Assembly (NCBI GenBank): GCA_951406725.2
Contig: OX597815.1
Location: forward strand, 173,228,001-173,292,000
DNA length: 64,000 nt
Direction of reading: 5' to 3'
Source: Octopus vulgaris
Lineage: Eukaryota
Under the pieces are notes generated by a model that was given only the letters and a program-made list of their open reading frames with translations, did not search any database and had not been told where the DNA came from. Of the stretch, positions 14,757 through 27,916 are shown piece after piece (position 1 is the first letter of the stretch; every line of letters starts with the position of its first letter). The position numbers were made by a program, and so were the translations under genes.

Positions 14757-15279
14757 CTGAAATGTGAAGGAAAAAAAGACATTAGAAAAAAAATCTTTAT
14801 GAAAACAGATTACATTTAGGGAGCACCTTTATTTTTTAAATGAATAATAAAGAATTAAAAAAGATAAGATTTGTGAGAGTTAGTGCTGGTTACCTCCCCT
14901 TTTTCAGAATATATACAACGCAAGTAATTTTCAATTCACATCAGTTTTATTACCAATTTCAATAACACAAGATAAATAGTGAAAAACTTAAGTGTATACA
15001 AAATCATACAATCATCATCCACTTCTGATTGTATTTCCTATACACTCATGCTGCTGAACTCCATTATGAGCCTCAGAATTCTTCTGACTATCCTTGTTTA
15101 CCTCTCATATTTGCTAAACTTATATATAATAGACTGGACAGTAGAAAGTTAAATATTCTTTTTTATTTTACAATTTTTGGGTAGTTTAAAGGGATACAAA
15201 AGAGCCAATGCTCAACCATGCTATTGGAATATTACTTGCATGATATAAACTCAAATAAATGCTTATCTTAAGGACACAG

Positions 15280-15630
15280 ACATTACAGAAGAGCTGTGTG
15301 GGCATGCCTACAAAATCAGAAAACAGCACAGCATGACTTTCGGAAATATTTTTTCACACTCAGAGTTGCTGAAGCATGGAACAAACTACCTACATCAGTT
15401 GTTAGTTTGCTGAGACATTGCATCCTTTAAAACTTCCATGCTTCCTGAAATTTACCAACACTACACCTGATATCACTCCCTCCATATGCATGCACGCATG
15501 TATATCATGACTCTTACACTGTTCACTTTCCTGACTTTTGTACATAATTCTATGTACTGTACATGCACCTTTGATGAGTTGTAGTACACCTGAGCATTAT
15601 ACACACTAATTATTATTATATTATTATATA
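15280..15630 (+). mobile_element. CR1-like LINE 3' end (second copy)
   Basis: KIRKQHSMTFGNIF / FFTLRVAEAWNKLPTSVV; same 3' UTR and ATT tail as the copy at 13055. Confidence 0.7.
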
Positions 15631-17339
15631 TAAAAATCATCATCATTATGTTTGTTTTCCACACTTGCATAGATTGGATGGTTAGACAGAATCCAAAAGG
15701 TTAGAGGATCACGTTTTGGCATAGTTTCTATGGCTGGATGCCTTCCTAATGCTGAATACTTTACAGAGCTTACTGGGGGCGTTCATTGCACTACCAGCAT
15801 CAGTATTGCTACAAGACTAAAGAACTCCCTTGTCTGAAAGGGAGGATAGGAGACAGAGCAGTCACTTAATACAAGGTGTTGAGAGGTTAATGTATGATGG
15901 GAGGAGTTGGGATAAGTTTGTTGAGGAGGAGATTCATGGCTTTTTACATTTTGCATGAGTGGATGTGATTGAAGTGGTACCACAAAGAGGTAAATGTGGT
16001 GGTGCATAGGTGTCAGAACATATCCTAAAGGTAACTATGTCTTATATGTTGAACAGAATAGAGCATGGGGATAGGAGAATCAGCAGGGGAGGGTGAGTTT
16101 GCAAGAGTGTGTGTGGTGGGGCAGAGAGTTGGAAGTGGTTTGATGTATAAAGTGGTGAATATAGTGAATGGTGAACAGGGGAAGAGGTGACTGATGGTAA
16201 ATATGAGTGGTAGGAGGGCAAGAAATGATAGACAGATGTCAGGGGAGAGAGAGAGTAGTGACTTACACTACAGAAATGGTGATATGAAATGGTTTGAAGT
16301 AACAGTTTCTAGATTCATCACTTATAGTAGCAAAATAATATAGTAAATAGGAAGCACTGAGTGTTAAGGAGATTTTCTCAGCTGGGTGCCTTTCCTGTCA
16401 CCAACACTCACCTGCTTCCTAGTCAAGCAATATTTCCCCATGGCTGGACATGTTTTTACAGAATACTGGAAATTGAATCACACTGCATGTATGATGCTGT
16501 AGTGACACTCACAACTACCATGTAATGTCAAGACGAACAGACACAAACATATACTCACACGCATACAACAGCCTTCTTTCAGTTTCCTCACAATTCACTC
16601 ACAAGGTTTTGACTGGTGATATGTAATGGGACTGAACCTGAAAGCTTGTAGTTGGGAAGAAAATTTCTCAACCACACAGCCATGCTGGTATCTATACCCA
16701 CACCTGTGTATGCATAAGTATATCTTGGTTTGTCCTAGGAGTTATTTTCACAAAGTAATCATTTCTTTTTACATCTGTACTGGAATCAACTTCATTTTTA
16801 TCTTTAGCAGCTAAAAGATATTATTCTTTTATTTGAATCATAAAACTCTGCATCGGTTGACTACTTCATTTTAATTACAAGACACTATCCTTTAAATGTT
16901 AAGTAAAGTGTTCTATCTTTCATCCAAGTGATTGTTTACAACCTCTGGCATTTTATGGATGAACATGAACAACACTGTGTTTAGTGCTGAAACTGTAATG
17001 AAGCCAGGATACATGACTGATGAGGAGTATTACCATGTTAATTTCTTTTTTAAACCCTCACCCTGCAGCCCAACATTGCTTTGGCAGCTCTATTTCCTAT
17101 CCTATCCTGCCACTCCGCTATATACCAGTGTTCATCATTTGCCACATTCCCCTCTCCCACCATTCTTCTTTTGCTTGTGTTCCCCACTCACTGCGTTTCC
17201 CTTCTACTTCCTACTCCCATCACTGTTTATTTGTATTCTCATGAACTCCCTTTTCACTCACTTGGTCTAATCCTCCGTACAACTCCACATTCACCTCCTT
17301 GTACCTTGAAGGTATGCTCTAGTGTATCTTCACCACCAT

Positions 17340-17657
17340 ACCCTCTGTGTCTGAGTGGAGTAACCATGTACCTCAACAGCAAGACACCTTCTTCCATCCT
17401 TCTTCATAGTTTAACCTCCTGTCACTCGGCACCTCTCCTCCTTTCAGTTGAGAAGTCTTTATCTTACAAGTTACTTGATGACCTCACCAGTGCCAGTGTC
17501 ACGTAAAAAGCACTTAGTGCACTCTGTAAAGAGTTGACATTATGAAGGGCATCCAGCCACAGAAACATGCCAAAGCACACAGTAGAGCTTGGCGCAATCC
17601 TCTGGTTTGCTAGCTCCTGCCAAACCATCTAACTCATGCCAGTAATGATGATGATGA
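17340..17657 (+). mobile_element. Interspersed repeat family D, probably RTE-associated, with (GAT)n tail
   Basis: aaaagcac..ctctgtaaag..gaagggcatccagcc..catgccag..(gat)n. Reverse-orientation copies at about 2985-3180, 15640-15830, 35875-35997, 48335-48545 and 60450-60730. Confidence 0.6.
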
Positions 17658-17829
17658 TTTTTTTCCAATTAACTGAGAATTATCTATGATTCTAGGACAC
17701 AGTCTGTTTTGTCATTTTAAGAGATTTACCCAGTTACTGTGACTTAAATCTTCTTTTTCTCCCTATCTATATTTCATTTATATCTCTCTCACTCCCTCGT
17801 TTTTTTCCTCTCATACTCTTCCATTAGCT

Positions 17830-18140
17830 GTTGCTCCTGATTTTAACATACTTTCTGTTGCCTTTTCATTGTTAACTCCAAACCAACTATCTGCCAAGTT
17901 TTGTCACATGGATTTTGATGGAAGTCTTCATTCCTCCTGCTATGGTGACAAAATGTTCACCTGTTTCAGTTTTCTCTCCCAATCCAAATTTTCTAACACA
18001 TTTCCTGCTCTGTTACTCTTTTCTGACCTTTCCATTGAAATCTCCCATCACAACAATGCAAGCAGATTTGTGAGGTGGCATTTTTTTCCAAGTCCTGATA
18101 GAATGTATTGTATTAAAGTGCTAATGGTAAGTTCAAGTGG
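17830..18140 (-). mobile_element. RTE-like AP-endonuclease fragment
   Basis: Minus-strand IVVMGDFNGKV and RKFGLGEKTETGE (cf. GDFN...GKFGLGERNERG). Confidence 0.6.
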
Positions 18141-18669
18141 TATAAAAAATTCGTCATGCTGTGGAAAGGGAATGGTAAAAGTGTTCGAGAGAGAGAGAGA
18201 ATGCTACAAGCACATGCATATATATGAATGCTTTTGATGTGTAAACATACATGCAACAATTAGCAGTGTGTACAAGTGTGTGGGAGAGAGTTGGGGGTGG
18301 TATGTGTATATGAGTGTGAACCATTAGCATTCATATGTGTGTGAACTAAAAAAGGACTTTCACAAAAAGTATTGTTCATTTTCCCTTTTTTTTTGTATAT
18401 GTACAGTTTATTTTCTAGTTATAAATGAGTAAAATATTCCATTCCAGTAGTTTTAGTTATTTGTTTAATTCATTTGATTTATTTGTTGTGTCATATGTAT
18501 GTACTTAGGTTTTATATATATATATATATACACATTTTATTATAAGTTAAACATTTAAAATGTCATATTGATCTTCAATACTTAGTGGTTGTTTCTAATT
18601 AATTGGTGGAATATCAATGGAGTCAGCTAGTATTATATTAATATTAATAAATGTAGCACAAGGTTGAAT

Positions 18670-19250
18670 ATTGTGGGGAAATAATGAAAATGAGGTGGTG
18701 AAGGAGTGCATCTACTTGGGACTGACAATAAATATATGCTGAAACATGGAAATTGAAATTTTGTGCTGCATAGGAGTATGATGGAAGGCATTTGCCTTGA
18801 TTAAAGATACACTCAGTGCACAGCTAGACAAGACTCTGCATGCCAGTCTCTTTAACCTGTGCACCTAAATACAAGTGAGACATAGGCTACATAAAGAAGG
18901 AAGAACAAATGTGAGCTATGATACAGAGCTATGGAAAGATCTATACTAAGAATATTGTTGTGGAAGCATATTGGAAATGATGTAATTTGAGAAGAGAGAG
19001 AAGTAAAGAAGTGGCTGCAAAATGCTGAAAGCATAACTTCTGCTGGACCAAACATGTCACAAAACTGAATGACAACAAACAGACCTGTGCAGTTGTCAAA
19101 TGGCATTCAAAAGATCAGAAATAAAACCCAGTTGGACTGGGAAGATGCCACAGTAAAAGAGAAAAAAAATATGGGGGCACAAATGAACGGTGCAATAAAA
19201 GGAAGAATGGAAGCACATTGTGACCAGTGATGTATAAGGACATCTGATAG
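18670..19250 (+). mobile_element. Degenerate RTE LINE 3' fragment
   Basis: EVVKECIYLGLTI...EIEI..CIGV*WKAF remnants typical of the RTE thumb region. Confidence 0.55.
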
Positions 19251-19640
19251 TCTAGTAGATAGAATGATATATATATATAAAGATATACTATGTTAACTGA
19301 GGGACAACTGTATATATGTATGACTATGTATATGCACACAAATACAACCATATGCACACACTGGTAAACATCAGTAGGTATTAAATTTTGAAAGAAAATG
19401 TTAAGTATTCCATAATAAAATTCTAACTATGCATGTTCTGCTGATTAGGTGTGCCTGGTAACAAAAACACTATGGTGATATAACATTGCTGTCTAGACAT
19501 AAAATGATTGTCCTTATATGCAAGTATGAACAAAATTGATGTAAGTAGAAAAGGTGGAGAGGTATGAAATAATCAGAATTCAGACTTAAATTGGAAAATA
19601 TGCAAGTATATTAATCAGCAATGAGAGATAAGACAGTTAC

Positions 19641-19798
19641 CTTTTCAAAACAGCTGCGGACACTTGGTTCAATATTACTTCCTCCAAATGAGGCAATTTC
19701 GCCAAGTTGGCGTGGTATTTGCATACAGTCATGAATTAACAAGCCAAGTTTCCGCTGGTCTGCAAATCCATTTGCATCAGCAATTAGTCGAAACAAAT
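19641..19798 (-). CDS. DMD: Dystrophin coding exon, 158 nt (human exon 67 equivalent)
   Basis: cgacag|ATTTG...AAG|gtaac. (Y)[52 protein letters not shown]. Confidence 0.97.
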
Positions 19799-20493
19799 CT
19801 GTCGAAAGAAGTACAATTCTTCATTTCTTATTTTGTATTTGACAAGTCACATGAGAAGTGAAAAAAACATTAAAGAACTGTGCATAACAAAACAATTAAC
19901 TAAAAAAAGACATTGATCAACTAACTCTCACAAAAGAGTTCAAATCCTAGTTGACAGTTTAACTAATGTCAAGAAAAATATCTATTAGAAATTTAAAACA
20001 AATTTAAACAGAGATACTGTTTAAAATTTGACAGTGACTTACAATGATTCAGATAACAAACAACTCTAAAACAGAACATAAATGAATAACCCACTCCTAC
20101 AAACTGTGAAGGCTGTCAGTAATGAACTAGTTACTTATAGTAAAAACAGAAAGAAAGGAAACATAAGAACATAGGAGACCAATGGATTGAACCAGTCACT
20201 CAGGTGTTTTCATAATTTTACATCACTAACAGAAACTACCTTAGTTGTATTTTACTTGGTAACTGGAAGCTATTTCTTTTTTTATACTGTGAAAGTTGAA
20301 TTATTTTTACTATATGATTTTTGGATACTTTATTGAATAAGCCATTTTATATTAAAAGATCAGAATGATTAATTATTAGAACTAAAAGAATTCTAAAAAG
20401 TTTTTTCATGTTTACACACATCACTCTCTAAAATGCTTGGTTAAGCCCACACATAAAATATATTAATTTGTTTAAAGAAACATTAATACTTAC

Positions 20494-20579
20494 AACGATA
20501 TTTTTCCTCAAGATGAGCCTTTGACATTAAAACAACTCCAATTTTGAAAGACAAAACTCTTACTTTTCCTGTCCGGGAA
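20494..20579 (-). CDS. DMD: Dystrophin coding exon, 86 nt (human exon 66 equivalent)
   Basis: tctttttag|TTCCCG...CGTT|gtaag. (V)[28 protein letters not shown](Y) vs human [28 protein letters not shown]. Confidence 0.96.
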
Positions 20580-20588
20580 CTAAAAAGA

Positions 20589-20644
20589 TAGTAGTAGTAG
20601 TAGTAATAATAATAATAATAATGATAATAATAATAATAATAATG

Positions 20645-20682
<38 letters not shown>
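20589..20682. repeat. (GTA)n(AAT)n microsatellite abutting the exon 66-equivalent acceptor
   Basis: Directly visible: gtagtagtagtagtaataataat... about 93 nt. Confidence 0.95.
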
Positions 20683-21465
20683 CAAAGCTTGTTTACCAGA
20701 AATTACCAGGCTAACGTTCTCCGAAACGGTACTGACCCTAAATGCAGATTCTGTGACACATTTGACGAAACAATAGACCATCTCGTTTCGGGATGTCCTG
20801 TGCTGACACCAAACGAATACAAAAATCGCCACGATAGGGTAGGACAGTATATACATTGGAAGATATGTAAACACTACAAATCCGACACTCCTGCTAACTG
20901 GTATGAACACCATCCTCAGCCAGTTGTTGAAGGTAAAGATGTCACCATCCTCTGGGATTTTCCAGTCAACACTGACAGAACGATCAAGGCTAATCGACCA
21001 GACATAATTGTTAAAGACAGGGAAGAAAATACCTGCAGACTAATAGAAGTAAGCGTCCCCACTGATAAAAATGTATCTGTCAAGGAATTTGACAAACTTA
21101 GTAAATATAAGGACCTGGAAATCGAAATACAGAGGATGTGGAATCTTAAAACAAAAACTGTTCCTGTTATTGTAGGTGCCCTAGGTATGATAAAAAAGGG
21201 ATGTCAGAAACACCTAGACAATATCCCTGGAAAACCATGTCTCAAGGAAATCCAAAAGATTGTGCTAACAAGTACTGCCCACATCCTTAGAAAAACCCTA
21301 TCAATGTAAATGTTTGTGTTTGTATTACATGGAGATATTTCTCTACTTTCCCTCCCCAAGCTTTCAGCTATATTTCAACAACTCTTAACCTTCACTTGCC
21401 CTAGGGCGCTGGGTGTGCCCCGGCAGGTGATTGCATCAAACATGCAGATTAAAAGTAAATGACAA
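20682..21465 (+). mobile_element. 5'-truncated non-LTR retrotransposon with restriction-like endonuclease (R4/Dong-like), apparently young
   Basis: Uninterrupted ORF 20689-21309 with CCHC knuckle (CRFC..ETIDHLVSGC), RHD motif, ILWDF, RPDII..LIEVSVP..K..KY (PD-D/ExK) and PVIVGALG. Short 3' UTR follows; (AAT)n on both sides. Confidence 0.9.
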
Positions 21466-21501
21466 TAATAATAATAATAATAATAATAACAACAATAATA
21501 A

Positions 21502-22545
21502 TAGAGCAACTGAGGATGGAGTATTTCTGAAGACTGAAGTGGGTGTTGTGCTCAAAATTGACTGGATGGAATAAAATCCAAGCAGTTAATACGTGGGCGA
21601 TAACATCGCTTTGATATGCAATGAGAACTATAAAATGGCAAAAGAGCGAAGTGAAGAAAATGGATACCAAAACTAGAAAAATGTTGACAGTACACAGAGC
21701 CTTTCACCCTAAGAGTGACAGATAGGCTGTACTTGTCCGGAAAAAAGGGTGGGAGAGGTTTAATCAGTTGCCAGGACTGTATCAAAGCAGAGGAAAACAG
21801 CCTAGGGTGGTATATAAAAAACACTAAATTGTGTAACTAATGAAAAATTTAAACAAGAAATGAATAAAAAAAAAGTATGGAAGGAAAAGAAAATGTATGG
21901 TCAATCTGCAAGAGATGTGAACACCAATACAGTGAAATGGTATGGCACATAGTATGCCAAAATTGACACAACACGAATACATAAGACACCATGACAATGT
22001 GGCAAGAATGATCCATTGGGAACTCTGTGGAAACCATGGCCAACAAAGAGCAAAGACGTGGCATGAGAAAACTCCAGGAGTCCCCAAAAACAGGAATTGC
22101 AAAATCCTGTGGGATGCAATGATCCAGTGCAATAACCCAACCAGACATTGTTGTGGTGAATAAAAAAAAGAAAGAACATGTATGATAATCAACATAGCAT
22201 GCCCCAGTGACAACAGCATCAATGTGAAAGAAGAAAAAATAAACAACTATGATGATTTGAAGTGGGAAATATGAAGGTTGTGGTCAATGAGGAGAGTAGA
22301 TGTGTTACCAATAGTAATTGGTGCACTTGGAAGTATCAGCACTCAACTACTAAACTGGCTGAAAAAGATCAGTGCAAGTGTGAAGGTAGAACACCTACAA
22401 AAATCAGCATTGCTTTGAACTGCAAGAATTCTTCACAGGGTTCTTGAAGCATGACCAGTAAACAAGTGTCACCTTAGTCTGCTGGCTGTGGACAGCTGAC
22501 ACTTTCCATCATACCCAACAAAATAAGCTGTGAGGTTTCATATAA
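21502..22545 (+). mobile_element. Second, degenerate R4/Dong-like RLE retrotransposon (different subfamily)
   Basis: Frameshifted remnants NKIQAVNTWA, KTRKMLTVHRAFHPKSD, RLYLSGKKGGRGL, EYIRHHDNVARMIHWELC, KILWD, PDIVVVNK, PIVIGALG. Ends in (AAT)n. Confidence 0.85.
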
Positions 22546-22859
22546 TAATAATAATTTTTATTATTATTTGCAAGCAACAATTTTGAAAGAGTATAAAAAA
22601 AATCTAAAATTTTCATTTCAAACAGCTACAGTTATAGCAATTTTGAACTTTAACTAGTTCAACTCTTATGATTTACAAAAGCAAAAAAAGATCTTTGCTT
22701 ATTTTAACAGATTACTCTGAAAGCCACTTAACATTTAATTTAAAATGTAAATTTTATTTAAAGAGTTTTGTTTCTAAATTGTTCATTTACCAATAACCTT
22801 CTTCAAGAAAGCCGATGTCTCTTATATTTACCCAATATATTCACATAAATTATTCTAGG

Positions 22860-23235
22860 TTATCCAGTCAACATTCGTTAAGCAAACTAGTTCAATCTAT
22901 GGTACATCCACATTTAGAGTTTGCACCACCAGACTGGAACCCCTATCTTGCTCAGCATATTAATCTCCTGTAAACTTTTCAGAAACATACAACCAGATGA
23001 ATACCTGCCATCAGGTATCTACCATGCTCTAAATATGTTGTTTTCCTGTGCATAGAGACATTAAAGTTTTGACATTTGGCAACTGACTTGGACACCTTTT
23101 TGAATTCTTGAATTCCTTGTTAACTTTCTGTGCATTATTCTATGTACTATTCATGCACTTTTGGCTAGTTTTTCTGATGCATTGTAGTGCACCAGAGCAG
23201 TGTATACAATAATTTCGTTACTATTATCATTATTT
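22860..23235 (+). mobile_element. CR1-like LINE fragment, internally deleted
   Basis: VHPHLEFAPPDWNPYLAQHINLL*TFQKHTTR*IPAIR, then the same 3' UTR tail (gcagtgtatacaataatttcgtta). Confidence 0.65.
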
Positions 23236-26200
23236 TAAATAGAATGACGCAAGTTCATGTTATTTATTTCTCAATAAAACCAAAAAATGACTAACAATAA
23301 AATACTAGAGAGAATGCTGTATTTAATGGTGGAAAGTGAAAGAATAATGAAAGATTAAAAAAAAATTATGATTTCAGAGTAAACTTTAAATTTAGTTTGC
23401 TGAGAACTAAATATACTAATAAAAAGTATGAAAACCATAATCATTCTAACAACATGTACAATTAGTGAAGTATAAATCTTATTTTATCATCTCACATAAT
23501 ATATCAAAATATTTCTTTGGATGAATAATAATAATAATAATGATAAAAATGAAGGCTTAATTTTATTTATCAAATACACAAGTAGCTTATCTCTAGATAC
23601 AAATTGTGTTTAATTATAAATTAAGCTCTTGTACTCATCATACTATTTATTTCCATATGACACAATATTCTCTTCAGTATTTTATCCTTTCTCCTATAGT
23701 TCTTGGGAGTGTTTGTATTGGTTATCAAGGTTAATAACCTGTGTGATCAAATTTGATATATTGATAAAGGATATATGCAGCTGGCTTGTTCACTCTTGCT
23801 ATTTATATTTTTGTCTGAAAATATCATCCATTGAGAATGATAGGATAAGTACCAGTAATATATTAAGAGTTAATGAAATCAATAACATTTCTCTACTCTA
23901 ACAGTTGACTGGGATGAAATCAATAATATTCCTCTACTTTAACAGTTGGCCCATTGCCTAAGTAAGAAACAAGTATCTGAAAGAGAGCCTCTGTGGTCAT
24001 ATGCGCAGCTAGAAATAGCAGCCAAATATCCTCAAACCATATCCTGTCATTTTAAAGGAAGAAATATACATTAAATAATGTAGTCCTAGATACATTAGAA
24101 AAGAGAGAAATATCTGTTCTGGTTATAGCTGAAATATTTTGGATCATAGGTCTGCTCACATAGTATAGACCTGGAGTTACCAACAAGTATTTGCTTCTTT
24201 TAGGCATTATTTCCTACTAACCAGTTATCTTCATTAATTTTTTAAAATATCTTTTTTTTTATACATTATACACCTCTCCTCTAGCTTCATTTATAGTCTC
24301 TTAATACATTTGTTTCAACTGCCTCCTTCTTACCTTCATTAATTATTCTACTTTAGCATTCCTGCACTTAGTCACTAGCCACAAGAACCCTTATGCCACA
24401 AGCCAATCAATCTAGTCATACATGTCCAACTGACCTTTTAGTTTAATCAAAATAAAAGCAGTGTAAGGAGTAAGATAAGGGAGTAGAAGGAAATGATTCT
24501 TTCATCAACAACAAATGAACAAGAACATAAAAAAAACCAGTTATAAAGATGACATCTTTTAAAATGATCAATAAGAATACTATATATATATATATATACA
24601 CATACACACACATATATATATATATAAATACACATATATATACACACACACTCACAATACTCCCCTTCGTCAATAATTTAGTTTGGTTAAATATAGCTAA
24701 ATCATCATTATATCTATGAATATAGATATTTCTTTGCAAGATTTTGATCATGAAAATTCTAGTATAGCTTGAATAAAATAAAAAAAATTGAACTTTTTTC
24801 CTTAGTAATTGTAGGAAGATTTTTAAAAAAAATTCTCACCAATCTGTCATATATATATATACAGTGAAAATAGTCTTAGTTTAGCTAGGGAATGGAAGTA
24901 AAGTTTAAAAGTAACAGCAAATATTTCAGTTTAGATGGCTGTTGAGGAGAATGAATAATGAATATCAGAGCTGAACCAATGACTAATACAACAGTAAAAC
25001 ATTAATAAAGGAAAAATGGGGTTAAAAAAAAGGAAAAAAGAGAACTCGTTGGCATCAGAGCTACTGCACCGTGTGGAAAATGCCAAACAATTCTGTCTGT
25101 TCCAGAGTCAATATTTCTACAGAAGAGTTGTTGCTAAGTTGAACAGTTTTAACAATTGTGTGTACAAAGTGATACAGAGCAGTACACAAAAATAAATAAA
25201 CTGAACATTTTTTTAAAGCTTCAATACAGACAATTTTGGGCATATCTAATGAAAAAACAAATCAAACCATTTCTCAAAAACCAAAGTAATCAGTGAAATT
25301 TTGATTAAGAATAAAAATAGAAAAGTTTAAAAAAAAAAGATCCTGATTAATTTTGAAAACATTACTTCTTTAAAAGATAAATTGAAAAGAAAGCACCATC
25401 TCTCTGGAATAAATCTACAAATGAATTAAAAGAGAAATTGATGAAAACAGATATTCTAAAGACTAGCATTCATTCAGTGTAGTAAGATCCGGTGAATTGT
25501 AATTAATTCTAAAAGATTATTAGTCATTGAATTAATTGGAAGTTTAAGGCAGCTAATGGAATATAGCACAAATATTTATAGAGAAGAGTAGAAAACAAAT
25601 GAGTAAAACTAATGAAAACAGAGAAGTCGTGGTCTTTGTTATTATATAAACAAGGTTAAAACATGAATAGTAACTAACAAGAGTGAAATAACCAATGAAA
25701 TCACTTGAAAAAGAAAACTTTCTAAATGAACATTCAAAGAAATGTATTACATCTCAGTCATCTCTAGACTTGATCATGAAATAAAATCTAGTATATTTAC
25801 TTTTGCACATCAAGATTACATCATTTGCTAAAAACACTGCACAAACGAAGAGTAGTAAATACCTAAACTATTATGTAACGACAGTCTTCAAAATATGTAG
25901 CAAGATTGCTTTTAACTTTAAGTTATCATCTTCATGGAAAATCCCTACACTGATTGATTGTTGTTAAAAACTATCTCAATACATATTATATAATAAAAGT
26001 AAACAAATTAAAATTATAAGGGAAAGAAAGAGGGAAGGAGGGAGAAGAGAGAGAGAGAGATGGGGCGGTAGTGCATGAAACTTGCAAATGAAGTATAAAT
26101 AGTCTCAATAACTTCCAAAAAGCCTGTGTGAGCTTCATTGTGCAAAGTGAATTCATCAACTTAGTGATAAAGAAGGCTCAAAGAATCAAAATGAGATTAT

Positions 26201-27002
26201 TATTACAAGCGATAAGCTACACCCTTCCTGCATAGAAAAACACAAGTAAAATGATGATGATAATAATGATGAAACACACACACACACACACCCATCTACA
26301 TCTACATTAGGTATAACTTGCATAGCCAGATTATACAAGCCAATGTATACATGCAAAATGACTACTTAAATATAAATCCCCAAATTAACATATGGTATAC
26401 ACATGCAAAACCTCGCAATTTCATATTAGAATGCTTAACTGACATTATTACTGGCAAAGATGTAAAACAGAAGTCAACATTCTGCTCTTAAAATTTTATC
26501 CAATATCATCAGATTTAAGGCCAGATTTTAAATATCAGAAATTTTAAGATTGAGATTGGTTTTTATCTTTTAATTGGTTTGGGTATTAACACACCTACAC
26601 TATACACACATATTAACTGCTGCAGCATAGCAGAGCTTATTATCCCACTTTTCAAGGTTTTAAATAATTGACAGTTATCTCCAAATGTGGATAGGTTTCA
26701 TGAAATATTTGTCATAAATGAGTGTTGGTGCTGCGTAGAGCAATAAACCGTTGCTAATTACCAATGTATGAGTATGCATTCACACACACACAACCTCATT
26801 TCCAGACACCTAAAGCAAATTCTCTAACCCCCTTACCTTATCTATATAACTGGCAGTTTTTATGCCTGGCACGTTTAGCTTACCTTTTGCAGACTCTCTT
26901 GGTAATTAAGCATATCCACTCCCATTAAATGATGGACAGATATGATTTCTCAACTTCTTGGCTATAGGAAGTTTGACATTACTAACAAACCTAATAGTAA
27001 TT

Positions 27003-27200
27003 GGTTTCAAATTTTGGCACAAGGCCAGCAATTTCAGGGCAAGGGGTAAGTCGATTACATTGACCCCCAGTGCTTATCTGGTACTTATTTTAGTGACACC
27101 AAAAGGACAAAAGGCAAAGTTGACCTCAGAATGTAAAGACAGATGAAATGCTGCTAAACCTTTTGCCTGGTGTGCTAGCGATTCAACCAGATCACCACCT
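27003..27200 (-). mobile_element. SINE family B
   Basis: ggcacaaggcc..gtcgattacattgacccccagtg..ggtacttatttt..aaaggcaaagttgacctcagaatgtaaagacag. Confidence 0.7.
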
Positions 27201-27584
27201 TAAGCCTAAGAGGAATTAAAAAAGAGTTTTGTTCTAATCATTGAAAGGAGATGTGAACCCTGCAAGCCACAGTAAGGGTGGCAAAGATAAGAAAACATAC
27301 AAGATATAGGCAATTTTTTAATTGTGTTTATCCTATCTTTAGTGCCTGAAGTAGGATAAAATACACTCAATACATGTTGTGGAATGGTTGGTAGTGAGAA
27401 GGGCATCCAACTGTCAAGCACATATAAAAAGGAAGAAACAAAGGAGGTAATGCAGACTTCACAAAACACAGTGAAAACATCTTCCTAGGATATTATCAAC
27501 TCTGAATGTTAGGAAAAGTAAAATAAACTTATAGCAGGTAAAGCAAATTCTTTAGTTCTGTTATAGATAACTTTTTCATTCTAA

Positions 27585-27618
<34 letters not shown>

Positions 27619-27732
27619 TGTATATACATATAGTTAATCCAAAAAAGACAAAGAAAAAACACAAGAAACAAATAACAACGTGAGGACGTGGTACATGCAA
27701 AATATTAATAGATGCTCAGGGAAGGAAAGAAA

Positions 27733-27773
27733 GGTAGTTTTATATTTCGAGCAAAGCTCTTCTTCAGAAACAT
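27733..27773 (-). ncRNA. Candidate minimal type I hammerhead ribozyme motif (Penelope-like repeat)
   Basis: Minus strand reads GUUU-CUGAAGA-A-GAGC-uuu-GCUC-GAAA-UAUA-AAAC. Confidence 0.4.
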
Positions 27774-27916
27774 GAGACAGAAGAAAGTTAAGAAAAAAAA
27801 TCGCCAACGATCTACATGTAGTTACATTTTGATATATACAAACATACATATGTATGCACACACACAAAGCGGATAAACAAGAAAGGTATTCAGTACATTA
27901 AGTAGGAGTTACACAT

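Noticed and set aside
23870-23950. Short local tandem duplications (also about 28530, 36720-36965, 39880-39930)
   Set aside because: Two-copy slippage duplications with no spacer structure; not CRISPR-like or otherwise informative.
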